A stretch of DNA of 62,633 nt, counting the filler, from Squatina squatina (lineage: Eukaryota): the NCBI GenBank assembly GCA_031763465.1. It is 4 parts of 4 records of this genome, joined end to end, with 100 filler letters (N's around TTAATTAATTAA, not from the genome) between each part and the next. Parts side by side here need not be neighbours in the genome. Positions count along the whole stretch, not along the records: positions 1 to 14,348 come from JARFOE010000100.1; 3 more parts are not named here. The stretch is one strand, 5' to 3'. Below the pieces are notes generated by a model, which made no database searches, was not told where the DNA came from, and was given only the letters and a program-made list of their open reading frames with translations. The position numbers and the translations under genes were made by a program. This document shows, in pieces, positions 1-12,100 of this stretch; position 1 is the first letter of the stretch, and every line of letters begins with the position of its first letter.

Positions 1-494
1 CCCATTAAGCTGCAGAAGGGTCCTGAATGAACTCTAGATTTAAGCTAAGTTAGCTGATCTCGGCTCGGGTATGAAGTTGGTCTCGGTTCCCCTGGCTAGG
101 GAGGAAAAAAATTAGTCCAGGATTCCCTTGACCGATTGCTTTCCAGTGAGTTCTGCTGAAGGTATGAATGTGTAGGTGTAGGCTAAGAATATAATTATTC
201 TGGCACTCCTTGTTTAGACACATACATGAAAAATGACAACTTGGGCAGAGAGTCATGAGGTGGAGAAACCAAATTAACCTTCAAAAATAATTTTTAATAT
301 CTTAACAGTTGCCTCTTTTGAAAACTAGAGCAAGATGTAAGTTTTGAAAAATTGTTCCAGTTGTTTAGGATCAATTATGAAAGAGAAGATTGGAGGAAAC
401 ATTAAAAACATAAGCATTTCTATTGCTTTAATCTGGAGTTCTTGCAGTGCTTTGTGCAAATAACACATTTTTAAATGTTTTTTGTTTAACAAGG

Positions 495-665
495 GCAGCA
501 ACAACTTAAATTTATATAGCATCTTTAACATGGTAAAACGTCACAAGGGACTTCACAGGAGCATTATCAAACAAAAATTAGCATAAGCAGCTATCTGGGC
601 AGATGATCAAAAGCTTGATCAAAGAGTATCTTAAAGGAGGAAAGAGAGGTAGCAGTTTACAGGAT
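495..665 (-). mobile_element. Degenerate L2-type LINE/SINE 3' tail fragment
   Basis: Contains AACAACTTAAATTTATATAGCATCTTTAAC...CTTCACAGGAGCATTATC. The same motif recurs at ~26990-27370 and ~44455-44520. The family assignment is from recall of shark repeats. Confidence 0.5.
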
Positions 666-1619
666 AAAAATAACAATTTTAGGTTTTGATATTGAGCCAT
701 TCCTCTGCCCCTCCCCCCCCCTTGAAAAATAAGGTACATCCCCAAAAGTAATTCCTGCAACATTGTATGAACAGCTGGATGTGTTGTACTTATTTCCAAA
801 TTGGTACAGTATCACAAATTAGTACCAATCTGGCATTTCACAAAATTGTCCTATCACATGAAAACATCAACTGATATGTCTCTAAAGGTGAATTAATGAT
901 AGTGATGATCTATTTATTACCTCAAGACTTGTATTCGAATGATTGTTGGTTTTCAGTACCTTTTAAGATGAGTCGGAGACAAACACCACTTTAGCTAATG
1001 CTTGGTAATTAAACAGAGTAACAGTAAAGGGTGCTACAGATCTAAATGAGTTGAGGAAGCCACTGACTTTACAGTCAACATTCTCCACTAGATTGCTGAT
1101 GATCGCTATTTTGCAGTAACGTGAGCTTGGATCATTCATTGGCATGATAGTTTATTTGAAATGAAATGTTTTACAGAGCTTCAGGTTTTCAATGCATTGT
1201 TAACTGTCGCTGTTGTACATTTTTGTAAATTTTGGTCACTGTAACATAGTTAAAAAATTAATTTTGGAATGGAGTGAAATAAAGTGTGCAGCTTTACTGA
1301 ACGCCCTGTTTGCATTAGCCGTTTACACAGTTTACATGAAGGCTTATCAAAGGGATATGGATTAGTGGTGGGAAACATGCTGACAGAATTCTCCTTGTTC
1401 TCCCTCTGACCAATGAAGAGTGGAAATGCTAGTGCTGCATCTCGTGCATTCAGTGATTTGACCAGGTATAAAATGAAACTGGATATCTGAAACACTATCA
1501 TTTTATATGCCACATATGGNNNNNNNNNNNNNNNNNNNNNNNNNNNNNNNNNNNNNNNNNNNNNNNNNNNNNNNNNNNNNNNNNNNNNNNNNNNNNNNNN
1601 NNNNNNNNNNNNNNNNNNN

Positions 1620-4600
1620 AGGCTACAGGCTGTTCTGACTGTGGAATCTGAACAAGGCTACTGACTGTTCCGACTGTGTGGTATCTGTACAAGGCTACAG
1701 ACTGTTCTGACTGTGTGGAATCTGTACACGGTAACAGCCTGTTCTGAACGTGGAATCAGTAGCAGGCTACAGACTGTTCCGACTGTGTGGAATCTGTTCA
1801 AGTCTACAGACTGTTCCCACTGTGTGGGATCTGTACGAGACCATAGCCTCTTCTGACTGTGTGGAATCTGTACAAGGCGACAGACTGTTCCGACTGTGCG
1901 GAATCTGTACAAGGCGGCAGACTGTTCTGACTGTGTGGAATCTGTACAAGGCAAAAGACTGTTCTGACTTGGCGGAATCTGTACCAGGTGACAGACTGTT
2001 CCGACAGAGCAGAATCTGTACAGGACCACAGCCTGTTCCAACTGTGTGGAATCTGTACAAGGCCACAGCCTGTTCCGACTGTGTGGAATCTGTACAAGGC
2101 TACAACATGCTCCGACGATGTGGAATCTGTACAAGGCAACAGACTGTTCCGACTGTGTGGAATCTGTACAAGGCCACAAACTGCTCCAACAGTGCAGAAC
2201 TTGTACAATACCCCTGCCTGGTCCGAAGGTGCAGAATCTGTACAAGGCTACAGCCTGTTCCAACGGTGCAGAATCTGGACAAGATTACAGCCTTTTCCGA
2301 AGGTGCAGAATCTGTACAAGGCGACAGACTGTTCTGATTGTGTGGAATCTGAACAAGGCGACAGACTGTTCCAACGCTGGAATGTGTACAAGGCTACAGG
2401 CTGTTCCGACTGTGTGGAATCTGTATGAGACCACTGCCTGTTCTGACTGTGTAGAATCTGTAAAAAGCTACAGGCTGTTCGGACAGTGGAATCTGAACAA
2501 GGCTACAGACTGTTCCGATGGTGTGATATCTGTACAAGGCTACAGGCTGTTCCGACTGTGTGGAATCTGTTCATGTCTACAGACTGTTCCCACTGTGTGG
2601 GATCTGTACGAGACCACAGCCTGTTCTGACTGTGTGGAATCTGTACCCGGCGACAGACTGTGCCGACTGTGCGGAATCTATATAAGGCTACAACCTGCTC
2701 TGACAATGTGGAATCTGTACAAGGCAACAGACTGTTCCGACTGCGTGGAATCTGTACCAGGCCACAGACTGCTCCAACAGTGCAGAACCTGTACAATGCC
2801 CCTGCCTGGTCCGAAGGTGCAGAATCTGTACAAGGCTACAGCCTGTTCCAATGGTGCAGAATGTGGACAAGATTACAGCCTTTTCCGAAGGTGCAGAATC
2901 TGCACAAGGTGACAGACTGTTCTGATTGTGTGGAATCTGAACAAGGCGACAGACTGTTCCGNNNNNNNNNNNNNNNNNNNNNNNNNNNNNNNNNNNNNNN
3001 NNNNNNNNNNNNNNNNNNNNNNNNNNNNNNNNNNNNNNNNNNNNNNNNNNNNNNNNNNNNNCTGCCTGTTCCGAATGTGCAGAATCTTTAAAGTCTACAG
3101 ACTGTTCTGACTGTGCACAATCTGTACAATGCTACAGCCTGTTCCGACAGTGAGGAATTTGCACAAGATCATTGCCTGTTCCGACTCTGTCGAATCTGCA
3201 CAAGGCTACAGGCTGTTCTGACTGTGTGGAATCTGTACATGGCTACAGCCTGTTCTTACCGTCTAATCCGTACAAGGCTACAGACTGTTCCGACGCTGGA
3301 ATCTGTACAAGACTACTGCCTGTTCTGACTGTGGGGAAGTTGAACAAGGCTACAGTCTGTTCCGACTGTGCGGAATCTGTACAAGACCACAGCCTGTTCC
3401 ATCGGTGCGGAATCTGTGCAAGGCGACAGACTGTTCCAACTGTGTGGCACCTGTACAAGACCACAGCCTGTTCCGACGGTGTGGAATCTGTAAAATGCGA
3501 CAGACTGTTCTGACTGTGCGGAATCTGTACAAGGCCACAGCCTGTTCTGACTGTGTGGAATCTATCCAAGGCACAGACTGTTCCAACTGTGTGGAATCAG
3601 CATAAGGCCAGAGCCTGTTCCGACCGTGCGGAATCTGTACAAGGCCACAGCCAGTTCCGACTGTGCGGAATCTGTACAAGGCCACAGCCTGTTCCAACGG
3701 TGCGGAATCTTTACAAGGCTGCAGCCTGTTCCAACGGTGCATAATCTGTACAAGACCACTGCCTGGTCTGACTGTGTGGAATCTGTACAAGGCTACAGAC
3801 TGTTCCGACTTTGTGGAATCTGTACAAGGCGATAGACTGTTCCGACATTTTGGAATCTGTACAAGGCGACAGACTGTTCGGACTGTGCAGAATCTGTACA
3901 AGGCAACAGAATTTCCGACTGTCCAGAATCTGTACAAGGCCACAGCCTGTTCTGACTGTGTGGAATCTGTAAAAGGCTACAGCCTGTTCCGAAGATGCGG
4001 AATCTGTACAAGGCCACAGCCTGTTGCAACTGTGCGGAAACTGTACTAGGCTACAGCCTGTTCTGACTGTGTGCAATCTGTAAAAGGCAACAGAATGTTC
4101 CGACTGTCTGGAATCTGTACAAGGCCACACCCTGTTCCAACGGCGCAGAATCTGTACAACGCGACAGCCTGTTCCGACGGTGCAGAATCCGTACAAGGGC
4201 AACAGCCTGTTCCAACGGTGCAGAATCTGTACAAGACCACTGCCTGTTCCGACTGTGTGGCATCTGCACAAGACTACAACCTGCTCCGACGGTGTGGAAT
4301 CTGTCCAAGGCAACAGACTGTACTGAATGTGTGGAATCTGTACAAGGCCACAGACTGTTTCGACTGTGTGGAATCTGTACAAGGCTACAGCCTGTTGCAA
4401 CGGTGCAGAATCTGTACAATGCCCCTGCCTGGTCCGAAGGTGCAGAATCTGTACAAGGCTACAGCCTGTTCCAAGGGTGCAGAATCTGTACAAGATTACA
4501 GCCTTTACCGAAGGTGCAATATCTGTACAAGGCGACTGACTGATCTGATTGTGTGGAATCTGTACAAGAGTACAGCGAGTTCTGACTGTGTGGAATCTGT

Positions 4601-5990
4601 ACAAGGCTACAGGCTGTTCTGATGGTGCAGAATCTGTACAAGATCACTGCCTGTTCCGACTGTGTGGAATCTGTCAAGGCTTCAGACTGTTCTGATGTGC
4701 AGAATCTGTACAAGACCACGACCTGTTCCGATTGTGTGGAATCTGTACAAAGCTACAAACTGTTCCGTGTGTGTGGAATCTGTGCAAGGCCACAGACTGT
4801 TACGATTGTGGAATCTGTACAAGGCTACAGGCTTTTCCGACTGTGGGATCTGTACAAGGCGACAGCCTGATCCAACAGTGCGGCATCTGCACTAGACCAC
4901 TGCCTGTTCTGACTCTGTGGAATCTGAACAAAGCTACAGGCTCTTCTGACTGTGTGGAATCTGTACATGTCTACAGCCTGTTCTGACCGTGGAACCTGAA
5001 TGAGGCTACAGACTGTTCCGATGCTGGAATCTGTACAAGGCTACAGGCTGTTCCGACGGTGAAATCTGTACAGGGCTACAGGCTGTTCCGACTGTGTGGA
5101 ATCTGTTCAAATCGACAGACTGTTCCCACTGTGTTGGATCTGTATGAGACCACTGCCTGTTCTGACTGTGTAGAATCTGTAAAAGGCTACAGGCTGTTCG
5201 GACCGTGGAATCTGAACAAGGCAACAGACTGTTCCGACTGTGTTGTATCTGTACAAGGCTACAGACTGTTCTTACTGCGTGGACTCTGTACACCGTTAGA
5301 GCCTGTTCTGAATGTGTAATCTGCAGCTGGCTACAGACTGTTCAGTAGGTGGAATCTGTAATAGGGCTACAGGCTGTTCCGACTGTGTGGTATCTGTTCA
5401 AGTCTACAGACTGTTCCCACTGTGTGGAATCTGTACGAGACTACTGCCTGTTCTGACTCTGTGAAATTTGTACAAGGCTACAGTCTGTTCCGACAGTGCG
5501 GAATCTGTACAAGACCACAGCCTGTTCCATCGGTGTGGAATCTGTACAATATCACAGACTGTTCCGACTGTGTGGAATCTGTACAAGGCGACAGACTGTT
5601 CCGACTGTGTGGAATCTGTACAAGGCGACAGAATGTTCCGATTGTGCAGAATCTGTACAGGACCACAGCCTGTTTCGACTGTGTGGAATCTGAACAAGGA
5701 CACAGCCTGTTCTGACTGTGCAGAATCTGTACAAGGCCACAGTCTGTTTTGACTGTGTGGAATCTGTACAATGCTACAGACTGTTCTGACTGTGTGGCAT
5801 CTGCACAAGACTACAACCTGCTCCGACGATGTGGAATCTGTCCAAGGCAACAGACTGTTCTGAATGTGTGGAATCTGTACAAGGCCACAGACTGTTTCAA
5901 CTGTGTGGAATCCGTACAAGGCTACAGCCTGTTGCAACGGTGCAGAATCTGTACAATGCCCCTGCCTGGTCCGAAGGTGCAGAATCTGTA
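1620..5990. repeat. 37-bp tandem satellite/minisatellite, ~115 visible units, interrupted and flanked by gaps
   Basis: The consensus CTGTTCCGACTGTGTGGAATCTGTACAAGGCTACAGA (37 nt) repeats continuously at 1620-2961 and 3062-5990. It explains all of the overlapping Cys-rich ORFs in this region. Confidence 0.98.
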
Positions 5991-6258
5991 NNNNNNNNNN
6001 NNNNNNNNNNNNNNNNNNNNNNNNNNNNNNNNNNNNNNNNNNNNNNNNNNNNNNNNNNNNNNNNNNNNNNNNNNNNNNNNNNNNNNNNNNTTTTGGTGAA
6101 GTTGCTGTCTCTGCCAAGCGCAGTCTCCATTTTGGGCGAGAAGGGGGTTCATTCGTGCACTGGCACAGGTTTGTTGCTGCTCCGGGAGAAGTCCTTTGCT
6201 GCTTTTCTTTGGTTGTGTGCGCTAGCCTCCCCCACCCCCTCTCCCAGGACGGTGTGGC

Positions 6259-6759
6259 ATGCCGTTAGACATCATGCAGCAAAGTGCGAGCAGTGCCCCT
6301 GGCTCTCCCGCCGACAGCTCGGCCAGCAGCGAAGAGGAGGCGGACAGACAGCACAAGAGATACGAGAGCAAGAGGAGGTACAGCAAAAAGTCCAGCGAGG
6401 ACGGCAGCCCGAACCCCGCCAAGAGGCAAAAAAAGTCCAGCCCCAGCTCGCAGTCTTACGAGGAGCTGCAGAGCCAGAGGATCCTGGCCAACGTGAGGGA
6501 ACGTCAGAGGACCCAGTCCCTGAACGAGGCGTTTTCATCGCTCAGGAAAATCATCCCCACCCTGCCGTCTGACAAACTCAGCAAGATCCAGACCCTCAAG
6601 CTGGCCGCCAGGTACATCGACTTCCTCTATCAGGTCCTGCAGAGCGACGAAATGGACCAAAAAATGACCAGTTGCAGCTATGTGGCCCACGAGAGACTGA
6701 GTTACGCTTTCTCTGTATGGAGGATGGAAGGAGCCTGGTCAATGTCCGCCACCCACTAG
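6259..6759 (+). CDS. TWIST2: Twist-family bHLH transcription factor, TWIST2 (Dermo1)-like; 166 aa, or 161 aa from Met at 6274
   Basis: Has the bHLH domain [53 protein letters not shown] and the WR/Twist box [19 protein letters not shown]. The N-terminus [14 protein letters not shown] and QSDEMD.KMTSC are TWIST2-type, and the Gly-rich TWIST1 insert is absent. Confidence 0.93.
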   Translation: MPLDIMQQSASSAPGSPADSSASSEEEADRQHKRYESKRRYSKKSSEDGSPNPAKRQKKSSPSSQSYEELQSQRILANVRERQRTQSLNEAFSSLRKIIPTLPSDKLSKIQTLKLAARYIDFLYQVLQSDEMDQKMTSCSYVAHERLSYAFSVWRMEGAWSMSATH

Positions 6760-6767
6760 CCTCCAAC

Positions 6768-6776
6768 CCGGTACGT
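6768..6776 (+). other. Probable 5' splice donor of the 3'UTR intron of the twist gene
   Basis: CCG|GTACGT lies 11 nt after the TAG stop. Vertebrate TWIST1 and TWIST2 carry their intron just downstream of the stop codon. Confidence 0.7.
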
Positions 6777-8429
6777 GTCCTTCTCCTGTTCCACTCGGTG
6801 CTTTCCAGACATCGAGCCGGCAGTCTGAGTGTAAGAGATGGGTGAAAGCGTGGGGGCAGGGCACTCGGAGTCCCGACTGAGTGAAAGCCATTCTGGCTGT
6901 TTATCACACTGCGGGAAGGTCTATTTCTTCGCCGAGTGAACCCAATCTTTTCAGTGGGTCCCCGCCACACCAACACTTTCTTTGGACCGTTTCCTTTGAT
7001 TTAGGATGCAGTACACAAACTAGGGCCGTCACGTTCTGCTTGCAAAGTCCCTCGTACGTCACAAGTTCAGCTATTATTTCCGTTTGCACTGCCTGTCTTC
7101 TGATTTCAAACATATTTCCGTGAAGGAAATAGATTTAGGTTAAAAATGCGATCGCCTCTGTTCACAGAGTGGCCGTGGTTTGAATACACACACGCCCCTA
7201 ATAAAAAGGAGAATACTCTCAAGGAAAGGGTGCTTGAAGTTGTGTGAAAGTTACAACGGAATAAATCTTATTTTAAGTTCTTTGTATATTTCATAATCAT
7301 TTGGATAACTTTAAGATTTTTCACTGATTGTGAAAACATACAATGGACCGCAATCCTTCAGGCTATTTAATAATGGGATTGGGGAGACCGGTCTGTCAGA
7401 GGTAGACCTGAATCCTACTGGATGCCTGTAGTCACCCACAGGTTAGGGCACAGGACAATACAAGTGACGGCAGGCCGACATCACAAGCATTATCAGACCT
7501 GCACCATGCTGTTTCCAGTCGCCCCCAGCAAGTTACAAGTATTCATGTGAGGGTGGTGAGCTACTGTTTATCAATGGGATTTTTAAAAAACAACTTAGTA
7601 TTTATAATTTTATCGCCCTATATATATCGCAAATGAACAGTGCAAATAAGATGACATTTACATTATCCTTGCAAATAAAATGTGCTTTCGCTATAACAGG
7701 GCGTGTGCTATATTGTTTAGAAGTGACTGCAACCCTGGATATATCCCAGTCCACCTAGATTTAATGAGTAATGAAATAAACAATGCTATCTGATCCCAGT
7801 ATTTGAACGGCCTTTCCTCCCCAATCTCATCGCCCGGCCACTCCGCTCTGTCACCTCACATCACAGCGAGGTCTTTGAATGTGTGCTGTGTATTTTGGGA
7901 GTTTGCTCGTTCTCTGTATGGGATCCGTGGTTAAAGTCACCTTTCTGATCTGTATGTTGACAGGCGGTTAAAGGTTGTTGGAGCCGACGGGAGGAGCTGG
8001 AGTTGAGTGGAAAACCTTTTCGTACAGACGGCCACGAAGAAATCTCCGCCACNNNNNNNNNNNNNNNNNNNNNNNNNNNNNNNNNNNNNNNNNNNNNNNN
8101 NNNNNNNNNNNNNNNNNNNNNNNNNNNNNNNNNNNNNNNNNNNNNNNNNNNNTCATCATCTGCTGGTCAACTCACTCAGTCTCGTCACAGAGCCGCTGTG
8201 TGTAATGCACACTAACTGTCCCCTCGTACTGACTACAACTTGAAACAATTTCCACACTGCAAAGATGGTCATTTTCTTTCCATAGAGTGTGACAATTTTC
8301 CCTGGTCAAGTGCATGTTTCAAGCCAGTGTTTCAGCATATTACAAATACATTAAAAAATTATCTTTTCCATTTTATATATAAACTTTGTATTCCAATGAA
8401 TTTGTTATTCTTTACAGTGAGGATTAAAC

Positions 8430-9284
8430 TGGATAACCCCTGAAAATGGGTGCAGGGATCACGAAGCGTGAATAACCCGGTCCCATTGTTTGCACTGCAG
8501 CAAGAGACCAAATTTATGCTGCCTGCGCATTTCCATGATTGTTGCGAGCAGCTACTGCACCCTGCACTGTTCATTGGCTGCACACATCAGCAAGGGTTCC
8601 AATATCGTGAGTGCTGAGCTCCACTTAAAACTCGCCTGCACCTCTTAAAGGGTAGGTGCAATGTGGCTTATGGTGGTACTGAAATTGTTCTAAATATTGT
8701 GCTGTGGAAAAATCAACAATGGTTGACCATGGGAGAAAGTGTGCTCCAAGGTTTTTTTAGATGCTGCACAGGAGTTGGAAAGAAGGAGAGATGTCCTGCA
8801 TCCTCACGGGGGTGGGGGGAGGTGGAGGCCCTCCAGACACATGCTCAGAAGGCAGTGGCAAGAGCGGTGGAGGTCAATACCAGAAGTGTAGCCCTAAGGA
8901 CCTGGATAGAGTGCAGGAAGAAGTTTAATGATCTCAAGGCATTGTCAAGGTCAGAGGATGCATCTTCAAATGCCATATCCTACCATCAGCATCACCAGTC
9001 TCATCCACTGCTCAATTCACCTGCCAATAATGTCTACCAATCAGGACTCATACCTAACAACCAAATGCTTCACTTCACTCTCACACAATTAGCACTATTG
9101 CAAGCCTCGCACCCACATCTCACAGCTTGCACACACTGGCAGCTATTCAGCCATGACAGCCACATCAATCAAACGGATTGCACAACACTCACTGACACAA
9201 TTCCCTCTTTTTTGTAGGAAAAAGTGCCACACAACAGGAGGCAGCAGGAATGAACTGCATGGAAGAGACCGTGATGGCCATTAT
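8430..9284 (+). mobile_element. Degenerate PIF/Harbinger element with Myb/SANT-like ORF2 remnant
   Basis: Translation ...AVEVNTRSVALRTWIECRKKFNDL matches the Myb/SANT-like (R+W.QCRKKFNDL) protein of vertebrate Harbinger elements. Element boundaries are approximate. Confidence 0.65.
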
Positions 9285-9384
9285 NNNNNNNNNNNNNNNN
9301 NNNNNNNNNNNNNNNNNNNNNNNNNNNNNNNNNNNNNNNNNNNNNNNNNNNNNNNNNNNNNNNNNNNNNNNNNNNNNNNNNNNN

Positions 9385-9600
9385 CTGCCCCAGGGAGAGC
9401 CCGGAGGATTTCCAAGGAAGCTCTGGAGGTGGTGGTTTTGGTGGCGGAGAGAAGGCGGGCGGTCCTGTACCCACCAACTGGCAGGAGGCCCTCGCCACAG
9501 GTCTGCCAGACGATGTGGAGGGAGGTGATACACCACGTCACGGGCAGCACTGTGGTTCCCAGGACCCACAAAAAATGCAGGAAGAAGTTTAATGAGCCAG
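9385..9600 (+). mobile_element. Second Harbinger Myb/SANT-like remnant
   Basis: Translation: ARRISKEALEVVVLVAERRRAVLYP...MWREVIHHVTGSTVVPRTHKKCRKKFN. Confidence 0.7.
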
Positions 9601-9750
9601 CATTTTACTGCCCTTCCATAGTTGCCCTTGAAGAGAAGGTGGTGGGCCCTCTTCTTGAACCGCTGCAGTCCGTGTGGTGAAGGTGCTCCCACAGTGTCAT
9701 TAGGGAGGGAGTGCCACGATTTTGACTCAGCGATGATGAAGGAACTGTCA
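9600..9750 (-). mobile_element. LINE 3' end fragment, same family as 16400-17270
   Basis: Near-identical to 16430-16545 (CTTCTTGAACC.CTGCAGTCC.TGTGGTGAAGGT...GATTTTGACTCAGCGATGATGAAGGAACTG). Confidence 0.75.
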
Positions 9751-12005
9751 ATTTCATCAATACAGGGCATCAGTGACTGAGGCCAATTCTGCCCTCACCT
9801 GATAACAAGCACTTTTCTTCAGTAGCTATGTGTAGTTACCAAGAGGAGAAATTCCTGGCACCGGATGTTCAGGCCGAGAGTGGCACTGCAACTGTAATCC
9901 CAGTAGGGATTGGCACAGAGAGGGAATTAAAACCGGGACCTTCTGGTGGGTAGGAATGAAAGCATGAGGGAGCCCTGGGGCAGTGTATGTATCCACTATG
10001 TCACTGAGAGTGCTTCAGTCAAGCTTACTTCAGTCGCGAGTACTTCCAGCTGCATGGGATGCAGAATGGGTTGTGCTGAAAGACCCAGCTGCATTTTATC
10101 TCCCTAGTCAGGCACACTTCACAATGATGAAGTTAAACTGCAGTCAACAGAAGAGGTCAAACTTCAAGACGATAAATTCTTGATAAGAGCTCGGTTGCAA
10201 AGAGCTTGCAAATAATAAGGCTTCACCAATTACATTTCCAATTTTCAGATACATTGAGTATAATTCTGAGAAACGAAAAATAATTTAAAGAAAGTGGAAA
10301 ATGTAGGTGATTTTCTCCCTCCTGCTTTGATTAACCAAGTTTGCTCAACTTCCAGCACCACATTTTAGTTCAATAGGAATTAGCAACATAGAACTCACCT
10401 AGGAATAAGGAAAACACGCCTTTAAATGTGATGTTGTAATTAGTTTTATTTACACCACAATAGCAAGTTGTCATAATGTGGTACAAAATACTGGACTCCT
10501 AATAAAGTCAAAAATGAAGTCTGTACTGTCAAGGAGATACACCATTGGTCAGTCTGAAAGGCTGATCCATTTCAACAGGCAAATGAAGACCATCAAAAGC
10601 TACCACAATAAGGCTATCACCAATAAAGTAGGTCCATACAATAATCGATTGTGGCTAAAATACAGAAAATCAGTTTACTGATGCTGTGTAAAAACAAAGA
10701 TGGGTGTGCGTGTTTTGAAGGCTGAAAAAAGTATTTCAATGCTCAAAAGAATTGAGAACAGCAAATCTGCTGAGAGGCAATTAAACAAGATCAAACTCAT
10801 TGAAGAACTCTTTAAACAATATACACACTTAAAACAACTTTTCTGAAGACTTGTTTCATTTGAATGTGCTTTTCACCACCCTCATCTTAGTAATCTTTAA
10901 CCATGTGCATGTGCTGGTACTAGAAGGCCTTGATTGATAAGTTACATGAGTCATATAAGGATTAAAGCCATCATTACTCCAGCACAAAGTCAACTGATGC
11001 TGCTTCTTTAAGATTGATTTTATTATTTTAATAATTCNNNNNNNNNNNNNNNNNNNNNNNNNNNNNNNNNNNNNNNNNNNNNNNNNNNNNNNNNNNNNNN
11101 NNNNNNNNNNNNNNNNNNNNNNNNNNNNNNNNNNNNNAAATAAAAGTTTTTGGGTGAACAAACTTTAAAACCCTCTCACTTTTTTCATCCCCTCAAACTG
11201 GAAAAGAAAACAAAAGGCGCCTCCACTATGGAGCACAAAATGTAATACACCGTAACGTGATACTTTGCAGTCAATATCAAAACATGTAGGAAAGTGAGGC
11301 TGACAGGTAACCATCACTCCTGCTTCGTAACAACAATACCGCCCCCCAAAAAACCTCTCTGTAAATATTCATTCACATCGATCACAATACACAACTGCTA
11401 AGTGGATTACCGCTACACGATTTATGGTGGCAGAGATAAAGAACAGCTGCGCTGAAAGGTTAACTGTTTATGATCTTAAATACTTAGTCCAGAAAAAATT
11501 GCTTGTCTCAAAAGGGTTGGCCCCAAGAAGACGCAGGCAGTTAACAGTTTTACAATTTTTTTTTGCTGCGTGTTCTTAAAATTTTATATGCAGATTATGC
11601 AGTATTCTACTGGTGTGACACAAGAGCTATATTATTTTTTTTGTCAAATTTAAGTATCAATTTATAACAGTATTAAAGAGAGTGATATTTGAAGATATTT
11701 CAATAAGACAGAGGCATCTCCTTCTGAGGTTTACTAGTATATTCATCAGAAAAAATGTCAAAACCTCATCTGCTGATACCNNNNNNNNNNNNNNNNNNNN
11801 NNNNNNNNNNNNNNNNNNNNNNNNNNNNNNNNNNNNNNNNNNNNNNNNNNNNNNNNNNNNNNNNNNNNNNNNNNNNNNNNACATCGTGACCTTCCCGTGC
11901 ACTCACACTGGCAAAATTGAAATGTGTAATCAAATGTCCCACTTTGTACTCAGGTGTGGGATTGTCAAAAATGGTCGGATGCAAGATAATTCAGAAAATG
12001 AAGTG

Positions 12006-12010
12006 AAAAA
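12006..12010 (-). terminator. RNA polymerase III terminator (T5) of the tRNA
   Basis: TTTTT on the minus strand begins after a single spacer base following the discriminator. Confidence 0.7.
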
Positions 12011-12011
12011 C

Positions 12012-12100
12012 TGACCGTGGCAGGACTCCAACCTGCAATCGTCTGATGTCATCATCATTCCACCCGAAGTCAGAGGCCTTATCCATTAAGCCACACGGCC
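12012..12100 (-). tRNA. tRNA-Arg(TCG) with a 16-nt intron (12048-12063); possibly a pseudogene because of a T-loop variant
   Basis: Reverse complement reads GGCCGTGTGGCTTAATGGATAAGGCCTCTGACTTCGG[GTGGAATGATGATGAC]ATCAGACGATTGCAGGTTGGAGTCCTGCCACGGTCA. The 73-nt mature body closely matches vertebrate Arg-TCG, and the acceptor, D, anticodon and T stems all pair. The T-loop reads TTGGA instead of TTCGA. Confidence 0.85.

Noticed and set aside
1620-5990. CRISPR-like array (37-bp repeats) or Cys-rich protein genes
   Set aside because: Units are head-to-tail with no unique spacers, there are no cas genes, and the context is vertebrate. The ORFs overlap in all frames and are repeat artefacts.
10478-10848. 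Two in-frame ORF segments separated by a single TGA (possible readthrough or pseudogene)
   Set aside because: No recognisable homology, splice sites or SECIS; compatible with chance in A-rich sequence.
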